From: Octopus sinensis
Lineage: Eukaryota
Assembly (NCBI RefSeq): GCF_006345805.1
Contig: NW_021824059.1
Location: 1 to 19,735, forward strand
Direction: 5' to 3'
DNA length: 19,735 nucleotides
Shown here: piece after piece, positions 1-10,704 of the stretch
Layout of the letters: each line of letters begins with the position of its first letter
How positions within the stretch are numbered: the stretch's first letter is position 1
The notes under the pieces: generated by a model
Told to the model about the DNA's origin: nothing
Database searches by the model: none
What the model saw: only the letters and a program-made list of their open reading frames with translations
Program-made: the position numbers and the translations under genes

Positions 1-3
1 CAC

Positions 4-37
<34 letters not shown>

Positions 38-57
38 ACACACACACACATATATAT
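1..57. repeat. (CA)n/(TA)n microsatellite
   Basis: Direct dinucleotide repeat with a few single-base interruptions. Confidence 0.95.
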
Positions 58-177
58 TAAAAAGATAGAAACAATCAGTCAGAACTTTCGATATAATCTT
101 TATGAGCGCTTAAGAATTGCCTCCTTCTTGTTAATATACACTATCTATACATCACTTCAAACACTCAATACATACAT

Positions 178-182
178 GCACA

Positions 183-239
<57 letters not shown>

Positions 240-277
240 CACGCATACATACTACATATATATATATATATAGATAT
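178..277. repeat. (CA)n plus (TA)n microsatellite
   Basis: Long AC run followed by a TA run; source of the THTH/CVCV ORFs. Confidence 0.9.
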
Positions 278-493
278 GTGTGTGTCTTTGTGTGTTTGTC
301 TCCCACCACCGCTTGGCAAGCGGTGTTGGTGTGTTTACGTAACCTAGCGGTTCGGCAAAGGATATCGATAAAATAAGTACCAGGCTTTAAAAAGAATGTA
401 GGTACTGGGGTCAATTCATTCGACTAAAAATTCTTAAGGTCATGCCCCAGCATGGCCGCAACCTAATGGCTGAAATAAGTAAAAGATAAAAAA
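278..493 (+). mobile_element. SINE family A, 3' half (diverged)
   Basis: Matches the 3' half of copies at 3755, 15111 and 18262 (ggtgttggtgtgtttacgt, tagcggttcggcaaa, aataagtac, ccagcatggccgca, tail aagtaaaaga). Confidence 0.85.
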
Positions 494-905
494 ATAGAAC
501 GCAAAACAAAATTCTTTGCAGTACTTATGGTCCGTTACATTGTGTGTTCAAATCCCACCAAGGTAGACTTGGCTGCTTTCCATTCCGCAATCAATAAAAT
601 AAAATACCGGACGCCGGGCGAAATGCTTAGCAATATTTCGTCTGCCGTTGCGTTCTGAGTTCAAATCGATGTATTTGATTTAATCCCTTTGTCTGTCCTT
701 GTTTGTCCCCTTGTGGGCAATAAAGAAATAAAATTAAAATACCGGTGAAAATACTGGTGACGTCATTTTCGTTGATTATCCTTTCTTTTTCAGTTTTGTG
801 GCTTTGTATCAATGTTAGAAACGAACATTGCACTATTGATTACTTAACGTTCTGAGTTCAAATCCTGTCGAGGCCACCATCATGTTTTCTCGTTCTGGGT
901 CGATA
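494..905 (+). mobile_element. Fragments of SINE family B
   Basis: Pieces such as acgccgggcgaaatgcttagc, cgttctgagttcaaatc (B-box-like) and ggtcgataaaata are the reverse complement of the - strand family B copies at 1075-1755. Confidence 0.7.
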
Positions 906-907
906 AA

Positions 908-1755
908 ATATTTTCTAATTTTGGCACAAAGCTTGCTGCTTAAGTGGGTGGAGTTTAGACGAATAGTTTTATCCCAATACTGAATGTTACTTCATTTTGT
1001 CGACACTCGGAAGATGAAGAGTAAAGTTGATCTTGGTGGAATTTAAAATAAGAACATCGAGGACTGGAAGAACTACTAGTTTCAAACATTGGCATGGGGA
1101 GATCGATTTCGAGGGAACGCTAAGTCGATTACATTGACCTCAGTGCTCAACTGATACTTATTTTATCGACTCTGAAAGGATGAAAGGCAAAGTCGATTCC
1201 GGCGGCGTTTGAACTCAGAACGTAAAGTCGGAAGAAAATGCTGCTGTGCACGCTTCGCATTATTGTCCGGCGTGCTAACGATTCTGCCATCTTGCCACCT
1301 TTAAGACTAGAAGTAATACTGATTTTTAAATCTTGGCACAAGGCCAGCAATTTCTGGGGAGGAGATTAATCGATTACATCGACCCCAGTGTTCAACTGGT
1401 ACTTATTTTATCTACTCAGAGAGGATGGAAGTCAAAATCAACCTCGGTCGAATTTGAACTCAGAACGTAAAGACACAAAATGCAGTTAACCTTTTTTCCT
1501 TGTGTGCTAACTATTATGCTAGCTCGCCGCCTTAAAGACTGGAAGAAATATTGGCTTCAAATTTTTGCACAAAGCAGCAATTCTGGAGAAGGATAATTCG
1601 ATTACATTGAACCCAATCCTCAATTTTATCGACCCTCAGAGGATGAAAGGCAAAGTCGACTTTGGAGGTGTTTGAACTGAGAGAGTAAAGACGGACGAAA
1701 TGCCGCTAGGCATTTTGCCCGTCGTGCTGACGATTCTGCCAGCTCACCGCCTTCC
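908..1755 (-). mobile_element. Head-to-tail array of four diverged SINE family B copies
   Basis: Recurrent blocks ttggcacaagg, cgattacat(c/t)gac, ttattttatcgac, gaaaggcaaagtcga, tttgaactcagaacgtaaag, gctaacgattctgcca at ~230-245 bp period; first unit truncated. Confidence 0.85.
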
Positions 1756-1864
1756 GTGTCGATAAACTATAACGCTAGTGAAGTGCTGATGAGGTCAATT
1801 TAATCGATTAAACACACTCACTATATTTTGTGGTTTTGTATCACATATTCAAAAAGAGGATTAT

Positions 1865-2030
1865 ATAACTGGCACTGGAGTTCGAATCCCACAGAAGCCA
1901 ATTTTGTCTTTCTTCCTTCTAGGAGGTGGAGTCAATAAAATAAAGTACCAGCCAAGTACTGGGGTTGACTTAATCGACTCTTTCTCTACCTCCAAAACTT
2001 GTAGCCTTGTGCTTATATTATAAAACCACT
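1865..2030 (+). mobile_element. SINE family B, 5'-truncated
   Basis: B-box gagttcgaatcc followed by aataaaataaagtaccag, actggggttgacttaatcgact, gccttgtgc as in other family B copies. Confidence 0.7.
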
Positions 2031-2084
2031 GACACATTAATTATTTAACCAATGGTAGGTTGTCTATTAAATTGGTTTTTGTTG

Positions 2085-2245
2085 TTTAACCTGAGATCAC
2101 CAAAAGCGTTCCAGCTGCGACCACACCGGCTTATTTTTGTGGAGCAAAGTCTACAATGTCTTTTTTTTTATTTATGAGTAGAGTGTGATTTACATGAAGT
2201 TTGATTGCTTTTTCTTGAAGGTCATTAGAACGTAAGTAAAGACCC
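2085..2245. repeat. Probable fragment of another interspersed repeat family
   Basis: Motifs gttccagctgcgacca and gagtgtgattt resemble an octopus repeat I recall; single copy in this window, so not verifiable here. Confidence 0.35.
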
Positions 2246-2374
2246 TTCGGCCTTCAATCTGTTGAAATTGTCGGAAAGTCACGTTCGTATCTCTGTGATC
2301 GACGTTATATTGCCTCAGCTTATATTTCAATTTGTTAATATTGTTTGTTGTATAACACTATGAAGACACGTACC

Positions 2375-2665
2375 TTAGCATTTAGGATATTCGGTTTACG
2401 ATCGTAAGGTTACGAGTTCGATTCCCGGAAGCGTGTCGTATCCTCGAGCAAGACACTTTATTTCTCGTTGTTTCAGTCACCTCAGCTGAAAAAAAATGAA
2501 TTGTTCCCGTAATTCAAAGTACCATACTTGTCACATTCTGTATCCCGTTGAAAGTATGCATGTGTTTGGAGTACTCAGCCACTTGCTCTTTTATTTCATG
2601 GACGGGTTGTTCTATCGATCGGATCAACTGGAATATTACTTGTCATAAGCGGTGGAGAGCCAGCC
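2375..2665 (+). mobile_element. SINE family C (tRNA-like head)
   Basis: ttacgatcgtaaggttacgagttcgattcc (B box), gagcaagacactttattt, ctcagccacttgc, gatcggatcaactgg; reverse complement of the copy at 4392-4705. Confidence 0.85.
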
Positions 2666-2807
2666 GTGTGTAACACTAATTCAATCTTTGATTTAACAAT
2701 CGCAAACAAGCAAACCAGTGAATGACAAACTACTTCATGGTAACTTTTGAAAATTTGGCTATTTCTAAAAGAACGAGCGATAACATATACTCCTGTCATT
2801 GACTCGC

Positions 2808-2852
2808 GTATATAATATATATATATTAATATATATATATATATATATATAT
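2808..2852. repeat. (TA)n microsatellite flanking the tandem repeat
   Basis: Direct TA run. Confidence 0.9.
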
Positions 2853-2954
2853 ATAACGGGAAGCTTTATGAAAATAAACAAAAGACGAAGGCATGGTGGG
2901 AAAACAAACGAACACTTGTATTAGTATGGCGCTCAGGAATATAAATAAAACCAG

Positions 2955-2992
2955 TCTTTAACGTTTCGAGCCTACGCTCTTCAACAGAAAGA
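2955..2992 (-). ncRNA. Minimal type I hammerhead-ribozyme-like motif (variant core)
   Basis: - strand parses as UCUUU / CUGUUGA / A / GAGC-GUAG-GCUC / GAAAC / GUU / AAAGA: 5-bp stem I, 4-bp stem II, no stem III loop (palindromic AACGUU). Confidence 0.7.
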
Positions 2993-3500
2993 ACACAGAG
3001 AGAGAAAAACCCCAAAGAAGGAGAGAAAAAAAATGCGTGCAGTAGCTAACGAATCAACATGGCGATCTGATTCGGCCAGAGGTCAAAGATCAAACATGAG
3101 ACGCGAGAGCGAAATAAGGGGAGATAATGGGTTAAAAAAAGTGGTACTATAAGAGGAATAAAATACAACAAACGGGACAGTTTATGCGAACAGTTCAAGG
3201 TTGAAAGTTAAGGTGAGAAAGTGTAGACGTCGTGGTATATTTTTTAAGGATTTCACATCAATGCAAAGTCACTTTGATCCGCGAAAGAGAGGTGCAGCCA
3301 ATGGTAAGTATCCAAGAGGTAAAGAAAATCCAAGGTAGGGTAGTGTTGATAGGGGTTTGGTAGAATATAGGATGAAAGTGAGACCACGTGAGCGCATAAT
3401 ATATAACGGGAAGCTTTATGAAAATAAACAAAGACGAAGGCAGTGGAAAACAAACGAACAATTGTATAGTATGGCGCTCAGGAAATATAAATAAAACAAG

Positions 3501-3535
3501 TCTTTAACGTTCGAGCCTAGCTCTCAACAGAAAGA
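3501..3535 (-). ncRNA. Second copy of the hammerhead-like motif (three single-base deletions)
   Basis: UCUUU / CUGUUGA / GAGC-UAG-GCUC / GAAC / GUU / AAAGA, 546 nt from the first copy. Confidence 0.55.
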
Positions 3536-3754
3536 CAAAATACACAGAGAGAGAAAAACACAGAAAGAAGGAGAGAAAAAAAATGCGTGCAGTAGCTAAC
3601 GAATCACATGGCGATCTGATTTCGGCCAGAGGTCAAAGATCAAACATGAGACGCGAGAGCGAAATAAGGGGAGATAATAGGGTTAAAAAAAGTGGTAATA
3701 TAAGAGGAAATAAAAATACATATATATATATAAATATAAATATATATATATAAA

Positions 3755-4115
3755 GGCGCAGGAGTGGCTGTGTGGTAAGAAGCTTAAATTCCACTGCGTG
3801 GCACCTTGGCAGCTGTCTTCTACGATAGCTTCGGGCTGACCAAGCCTTGTGAGTGGGTTTGGTAGACGGAAACTGAAAGAAGACTGTCATATATATATGC
3901 ATGTATGTATGTGTGTGTTTGTGCGTCTGTGTTTGTTCCCCCACCATTACTTGAAAACCGATGCTGGTTTGTTTAAGTCTTCGTAACGGCGGTTGGGTAA
4001 AAGAATCAATAGAATAAGTTCATAAATAATGTCCTGGAATCGATTTGTTCGACTAAAGTCGGTGCGCCAGCATGTTCGCAGTCAAATGACTGAAACAAGT
4101 AAAAGAGTAAAAGAG

Positions 4116-4116
<1 letters not shown>
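3755..4116 (+). mobile_element. SINE family A (tRNA-like head, internal TA/TG microsatellite, GTAAAAGA tail)
   Basis: Starts ggcgcaggagtggctgtgtggtaag, ends aagtaaaagagtaaaagag; internal deletion near the B box; TA runs on both sides. Confidence 0.9.
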
Positions 4117-4117
<1 letters not shown>

Positions 4118-4153
<36 letters not shown>

Positions 4154-4286
4154 CACAACAGAACCACACACAAAAGTACACAAATGGAGACACATCCATA
4201 CATAACAGACGTATGTACATAGTCACACGAACCCATACACATAGACACATTCAAACACGCAAACACGCACATAAGGAGGCAAAGAG

Positions 4287-4321
<35 letters not shown>

Positions 4322-4380
4322 TACATGAATATCCAAAATACATACATACACACGTATATATATATGCACATACACACAGT
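4118..4380. repeat. (TA)n, (CA)n and degenerate CA-rich simple sequence
   Basis: Direct simple repeats. Confidence 0.85.
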
Positions 4381-4391
4381 AGTAGCAACAG

Positions 4392-4705
4392 GAGCACTCC
4401 ATCGGTTACGACGACGAATGTCCCAGTTGATACGATCAACAGAACATCTTGCTCGTGAAATTAACGTGCAAGTGGCTGAGAACTCCACAGACACGTGTAT
4501 CCTTAACATATTTCTTAGGGAGATTCAGCGTGACACAGAGCGTGACAAGGCTGACCCTTTGAAATACACGCACTACTCATTTTTGTCAGCTGAGCAACGT
4601 GAAATAAAGTGTCTTGCTCAAGGACACAACGCGTAGCCGGGAACCGAACTCACGACCTTACGATCGTAAGCCAAATGCCCTAACCACTAAGTAATGCGCC
4701 TTCAC
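4392..4705 (-). mobile_element. SINE family C, near full length
   Basis: - strand head gtgaaggcgcattacttagtggttagggcatttggcttacgatcgtaaggtcgtgagttcggttcc is tRNA-like (A and B boxes); body matches 2375-2665. Confidence 0.88.
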
Positions 4706-4759
4706 ATACACACACATAATACATACATACATACATACATACATACAGACAGACAGACA

Positions 4760-4980
4760 GACAGACACGTGTATCCTTAACGTAGTTCTCAGGGAGATTC
4801 AGTGTGGCAATAAGTACAATACAGGTACAATAGAAAGAGGAAGGAAGAATGAGAGAAAATTGTGGCGAAAGAGTACAGCAGGGTTCGTCACCACTCCCTG
4901 GTGGAGCCTCGTGGAGCTGTAAGTATTTTCGCGCAATAAACACTCACAACGTCCGGTCAGGAAATCGAAACCGCGATCCC
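4760..4980 (-). mobile_element. Composite: family C internal fragment joined to a fragment of another SINE-like repeat
   Basis: 4760-4803 repeats cagacacgtgtatccttaac...gggagattcag from ~4490-4530; ~4970 has ggaaatcgaaacc (reverse-complement B-box-like). Confidence 0.6.
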
Positions 4981-5530
4981 AACGTGGACAGCGACTTCAG
5001 CCCCGTTGTAGATAGATTATAGCCAATAATCGCCCGGCTGGTATACTTTACTTAACAACATACTCTTGATCCTAGATAGAAGTCCCTTTTCTTACCTAGG
5101 GACAAAGTTAACCCCTAGAAATACCAACCCACTCTGCAATTATGTCAGCCGGCTTACCTCCCTCCCTCCTCTGGCATGTGTTTAAATTTAGTTGTTGCTT
5201 ATACCTAACTTTTATTCCTTTGTTGATTGCCTGGTGATGTGTTTGCTCCATGCTTGTCCTATAAGCTTCATCTACTGATTGCATCTCTAGTGTGACATCA
5301 TGTATTGCCGACTACTGAAGCATGTGGTAACAACTGGAATAAAGGATTACCAAGTTGTCCCCGTGTTCTTTTCTCATCTCTCATATATAATATATATATA
5401 TATCTATATATATATTCAAATTGCGATGAACGTAAACAAACAAACGAAGTTTGCTTTAAAAGCGTTGGAGTGTCTTAGAAAGTTAACGAAGTGATTTTAA
5501 ATTCTCAAACAGGATAATGCTAATAATATA

Positions 5531-5632
5531 GCCTGTACAGGATAAACTACCCCTATTTTGCAGAAAAAAAGTGTTGGTAGCCGGCCGCCAACACTTTTTT
5601 CTGCAAAATAGGGGTAGCTTATCCTGTTCAGG

Positions 5633-5633
<1 letters not shown>
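5531..5633. mobile_element. 103-bp foldback (MITE-like) element flanked by TA
   Basis: Arms 5531-5577 and 5588-5633 are reverse complements with 2 mismatches and 1 indel around a 10-nt spacer; TA on both outer edges. Confidence 0.8.

Positions 5634-5714
<81 letters not shown>
5634..5714. repeat. (TA)n(TG)n microsatellite
   Basis: Direct repeats. Confidence 0.95.
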
Positions 5715-5718
<4 letters not shown>

Positions 5719-6911
5719 CTTATGTATATATGTATGTATGTACACATGCATAAACATTCATGCAAAATATAAATATTGATTTGCCCCAGATGCGGTGTTG
5801 TGTTTCGATTGCTAAATCAGTCTCCTCAGCGAATGAAAGAATAGTGCTCATATAGCAATATTTTGAAATACTGCTTTGGGTTAGCTCTTGCTATCAACGA
5901 CAACAGAATAAGGATTCTATTTACTAACTACTGTTGCTGTACGTGATTATATATAACAGGCAGTAATCAAAGTGTATAATATTTGCTTACAACTTATGTA
6001 TACATATATACATAGATTGTTCTCTCAACGATGAGCTTCTCAAATACGAAGTCGATATGCCATTAGTAGTCAAGGTGTTTTCATTACTCTAAGCCATACC
6101 TAAATACTGTAAACTAATAAACATAATATAAATAGATCTACTCATTGAGTTATAGCACAACTGGCTGAATAATCCGAATATACTTGTACCCATAACGTAA
6201 CTCTGAGTCAGAATTACCGTAACTGGGTGTGAAACAGGTGGTTTTGAATTAGAGGTACATTTTTTCTAATAGATTTTAACTCAGTTTCCGTTCATTGATA
6301 TTCAATTTTGCTTACAAGGCTTGAGTCGTCCAGAAACTATGGTAAAATAAAACAATTACCCAAGATTTTACGCTGTGAATCGAACGAAGAAACTCGCGAT
6401 CATCCAGCAAACACCCTGACCACTCGACGTTTAAGTTAGATGGAAGAAATATGGCGACCAACATATTCAAAAAAGAGCATGAAGCGATATGCATGTAAAA
6501 GAGAATAACTGCCTTAAGCAGATACGTTTACAATTATACGAACATACAAACACATTACATCAACACACAAACATATGCATTATATCAACATACCAACACA
6601 CACATACACAACACAACACAACACAACACACACAACACAATACACACACACATGCACAAAGACAAGGTTCACAAACACACACGGAGAAACACATGCGCAT
6701 CTCCGTCGCCATCTTTTGCCGCTAAGAATGTCTCTCCGCTTCACAAGCGAAGCATAAACTCACCGTTCCACTCTACTTTCTTTCCCCAACGACAACGGTT
6801 ATATAAAATATGATGACGACGAAAACATTATTGTTACTGTTGTTGTGGTTGTTGTTGCTGCTGTTGTTGATATTATTCTTGTCGATATTAATAACAAGAA
6901 TAATAACGACA

Positions 6912-7246
<335 letters not shown>

Positions 7247-8430
7247 GCAACTTAAATATATTGCGATGGTATGGAGATTCAATTGATTGCTGAACCACCT
7301 CGATTTCGTTTTGTTAGCTGAACCGACCAATAAATACATTCAGCCTATTTTTATTGCATTTGAGAAAATATATATCCTTTATTATCATCTATTATACAAC
7401 GATGATGAAAATGAAAATAAGAAAATATATAAAAAAAAAGAGCAGAAAAACAAAAATATAAAAAAATGGAAAGCAAAGTATAGAATTGATAGGAAATATA
7501 AAATAAATAAGTAGATACAAACTAAAGCAACGTAAAAACGAATAAAAATGGTAAAAAAAAAAATGAAACATTTTGCAAATATTGTATTGCTGTCCTTTAA
7601 AAAGTATAACCATTTAGCGTTTGGTCGAATGCCTTTACAGCAGATAAATAAATCTGATATCATATTCTAAACGGTGTTATGTAGGAATTTATAAATCGTT
7701 CTTCATCATAATATCTTGTATTACTTTGAATACGCTCCCCGTAATTGCTCCATTTTTTGAAACAATTTTTTTTTTCTATATTATATTTTTATCTCGAGAT
7801 TTCTCGAGAGCCGAAGGAAGAAATTCTTCAATTGATATAGTCAGTTTGTTCCTTTTTTTTTTACTCTTTGGGATTTTAAAATATATTTTTAATGAAATGT
7901 CAAGATTCGACAAATTTGGTCCAATTTTGAAGATGTATATATGTTTGGATGTATGGTATATGTGTATTATATGTATGTGTGTATAACAATAAGTGAATAG
8001 GTATGTGTATATCTCTCTCGATACACACACACACATGCACATACGCACATACACACACACACACTCGCTGATTCGCATAAACACATAAGAACATACATTT
8101 TCAACAATCACATGTATACACACATATCTACTCTGATTCATACGTATCTGTGAGAATGCAAGTATGTATGTACAACTGCATTCATATATGTATCTAACTT
8201 CATATGTGTATTATATTTGTATGTGTGTGTGTAGTTATGCATATATATGTGTATGTGTTTGTAAAATTGTGTGTGGAGAGATTTCCGTCTTTCGCTGTAA
8301 CAAGAATACAAAACAAAAAAAAGTAAATACGTTCAAGAATTATTATGTTCTCTTCTTAGCCATAATTTTATTTACTTTTCATCGTCATCTTATTCTACAG
8401 TATAACTGAAATATGACTGTTCAGATTCTA

Positions 8431-8583
8431 TTATGTTACATGTAGCGAGAATCTTCTCTCGATGGTTAACAACATATCGTACTGGTGGTGGAGATTATCT
8501 TGTGCGTAATGGGTTTCATATAGAATGGTGGAAGTAGATGGATCTCTGTCAGTTTCAGCGATGTGTTCCAGTTTTTCTATCAA
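8431..8583 (-). CDS. Candidate terminal exon of an unidentified gene (LIEKLEHIAETDRDPSTSTILYETHYAQDNLHHQYDMLLTIERRFSLHVT*)
   Basis: Acceptor gactaactatttcag, 50 open codons ending in TAA, in-frame stop just upstream in the intron, AATAAA on the - strand at 8367-8372. Confidence 0.5.
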   Translation of the reverse strand: MIEKLEHIAETDRDPSTSTILYETHYAQDNLHHQYDMLLTIERRFSLHVT

Positions 8584-8751
8584 CTGAAATAGTTAGTCAC
8601 TCATCTGAATTTTGAAGTACATTGTATTGTGGTTGAGTATTTCTCGGATACTTCTATATTTTTTTGTAAGAGCGTTCCAAACAAAGCGAGAAGCCACTTA
8701 GTGTAAGGGACTACGAAGACGGAGAAACGAAGACGAAAGGAATCAATTTAC

Positions 8752-8816
8752 TTTAGACATGAAAGAGTCCCGGTCATAAGAAGGAGGGAAAATGAGATAG
8801 AAGAAAGCTCCAAAGT
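8752..8816 (-). CDS. Candidate 65-nt internal exon (yFGAFFYLIFPPSYDRDSFMSK)
   Basis: Acceptor ttttttttgtctaccaactgccag, donor AAA/gtaaat; ends in phase 0, in frame with 8431-8583. Confidence 0.5.
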
Positions 8817-8938
8817 CTGGCAGTTGGTAGACAAAAAAAAAGCTAGACTAGATCACTTGTAATTTTTGCTTACATCTTTTTGTACACAGCTAGAATATTT
8901 TTCCATGACAAAATGCAGTGAATATACTTCAGACTTAC

Positions 8939-8952
8939 AGGTTCCAGTATAT
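8939..8952 (-). CDS. Candidate 14-nt micro-exon (ATATACTGGAACCT)
   Basis: Acceptor tatatttcag, donor CT/gtaagt; its length bridges the phase 2 end of 9166-9319 to the phase 1 start of 8752-8816. Confidence 0.45.
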
Positions 8953-9165
8953 CTGAAATATATATATATATAAACTGGCAACAAGTTCATATTTATATAA
9001 ATAACTGCTTAGTAGTTCTAGTCCGTACATTGCTATCGCCGGGCAGTCGGGTGGCACAACCAGTCAAAGTATTTTGGCTGGAATCTAATAAGAGAGACCT
9101 AGTCTCGTAGTCAGTTCAGAGTTGTCACTCCTTCTAGAGTTCGATACTCATGAGAAGATATTTAC

Positions 9166-9319
9166 TTCGAATTGTGTGAATCTATCGATCTGGGTAGATG
9201 GCGCTCCGAACTGATCTGGTGTGTATACACATTTTTGTCTACAACAAGACTGTTTCTCCACGACATAATGTTGTGAATGGATTTCTGACGGATTCGAATA
9301 TGCCTCGAACATATTTGAA
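9166..9319 (-). CDS. Candidate exon (xQICSRHIRIRQKSIHNIMSWRNSLVVDKNVYTHQISSERHLPRSIDSHNSk)
   Basis: Acceptor gtgttaccag (alternative ttgttgtag giving a start at 9238), donor AA/gtaaat, open frame, non-repetitive sequence with higher GC than its flanks. Confidence 0.4.
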
Positions 9320-9333
9320 CTGGTAACACGTGT

Positions 9334-9364
9334 ACATACATACATGAATACATACATACATACA

Positions 9365-9398
<34 letters not shown>

Positions 9399-9454
9399 CA
9401 TACATACATTTATACATACATACAAACATACATACATACATACATACATACATA
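9334..9454. repeat. (CATA)n microsatellite
   Basis: Direct tetranucleotide repeat. Confidence 0.95.
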
Positions 9455-9468
9455 CCTTGTTGATGTTG

Positions 9469-9868
<400 letters not shown>

Positions 9869-9974
9869 CTTGTTGATGTTGATATTCCAATGTAGGAGCT
9901 TCGGATTTAAGTTAGAAACCGGCTCTTTCTCTATTGGCAAGTAATCTTGAAATAAAACTGAATAATCACATATA

Positions 9975-10165
9975 CATACATAATACATACATACACACAT
10001 ACACACATACATACACACATACACACATACATACATACATACATACATACATACATACATACATACATACATACATGCATACATACATACATACATACAT
10101 ACATACATACACAAAGACGGACACAGACACAGATACACACACACACACACACATATATATATAGT
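9975..10165. repeat. (CATA)n/(CA)n microsatellite
   Basis: Direct repeats. Confidence 0.95.
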
Positions 10166-10618
10166 CTATATGGTCATTTCACCCCCCTCTCTCTCTGATA
10201 TCTCTCAATCTCTTTCACCGGATGTATGACTAATTCACACTTCCTCTCTCTACCAATGTCTTTCTCTTCATTCGTGTCTCTTTGTCTTCGTACTCTCTTA
10301 TTCCACTTCTCTCTGATATTTTTTGCGTGTTCTTTCTAGCATATCTATCTCCGTCTCTCTTTCTCATTCTTTCTGTGATGATAAAGGGAAAAGGAAGATG
10401 CGCAAGACAAAATAGTTGGACTTTCGATAGGAATACAAAATGGCGAAAAAAAAACGAAAAGAAAAAAATTAGGACTGATCTTGTTTTTGTATATCAAAAG
10501 AAATGTAATACAAGTCTTCCCTTTGTGATGGCAAATGATAATGAAACGGTTTTCTGGATATTCGTCAAGAAGTGTTTGATTAAAACGCAGACACACGAGT
10601 ACACACGTGCATAGATAC

Positions 10619-10621
<3 letters not shown>

Positions 10622-10654
<33 letters not shown>

Positions 10655-10690
10655 AAAGGATAAAGGAGGAGGGAGAAAAGGAGAGAGAGA
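10622..10690. repeat. (GA)n purine tract
   Basis: Direct repeats. Confidence 0.9.
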
Positions 10691-10704
10691 GACTATATTT
10701 CTTT

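Larger units (their letters stand above)
2850..3720 (-). mobile_element. Partial tandem ~546-bp direct repeat; Penelope-like pseudo-LTR or retrozyme-like element
   Basis: Unit 1 (~2850-3399) and partial unit 2 (~3400-3720) both begin atatataacgggaagctttatgaaaataaaca and align through ggcgatctgatt...cggccagaggtcaaagatcaaacatgagacgcgagagcgaaataagggg; TA-rich flanks on both sides; a hammerhead-like motif in each unit. Confidence 0.8.

Noticed and set aside
908-1755. Regularly spaced repeats as a possible CRISPR array
   Set aside because: Eukaryotic context; ~235-bp units are diverged SINEs; no short identical repeats with unique spacers and no cas genes.
1777-1822. CTGATGA followed by a weak stem and TAAAC (possible hammerhead)
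   Set aside because: Stem II relies on G-U pairs and mismatches, GAAA is broken, and there is no properly placed NUH triplet.
6447-6720. Two YY1-like AANATGGCG motifs (+ ~6448, - ~6710) suggesting a promoter or start codons
   Set aside because: They converge rather than diverge, the downstream frames close quickly or enter microsatellite, and there is no other promoter evidence.
7792-7809. TCTCGAGA-TT-TCTCGAGA doubled palindrome
   Set aside because: Too short to assign; a simple local duplication explains it.
9187-9215. + strand LSIWVDGAP resembling a DDE transposase first-aspartate motif
   Set aside because: Immediately followed by a stop, with no further transposase motifs nearby.
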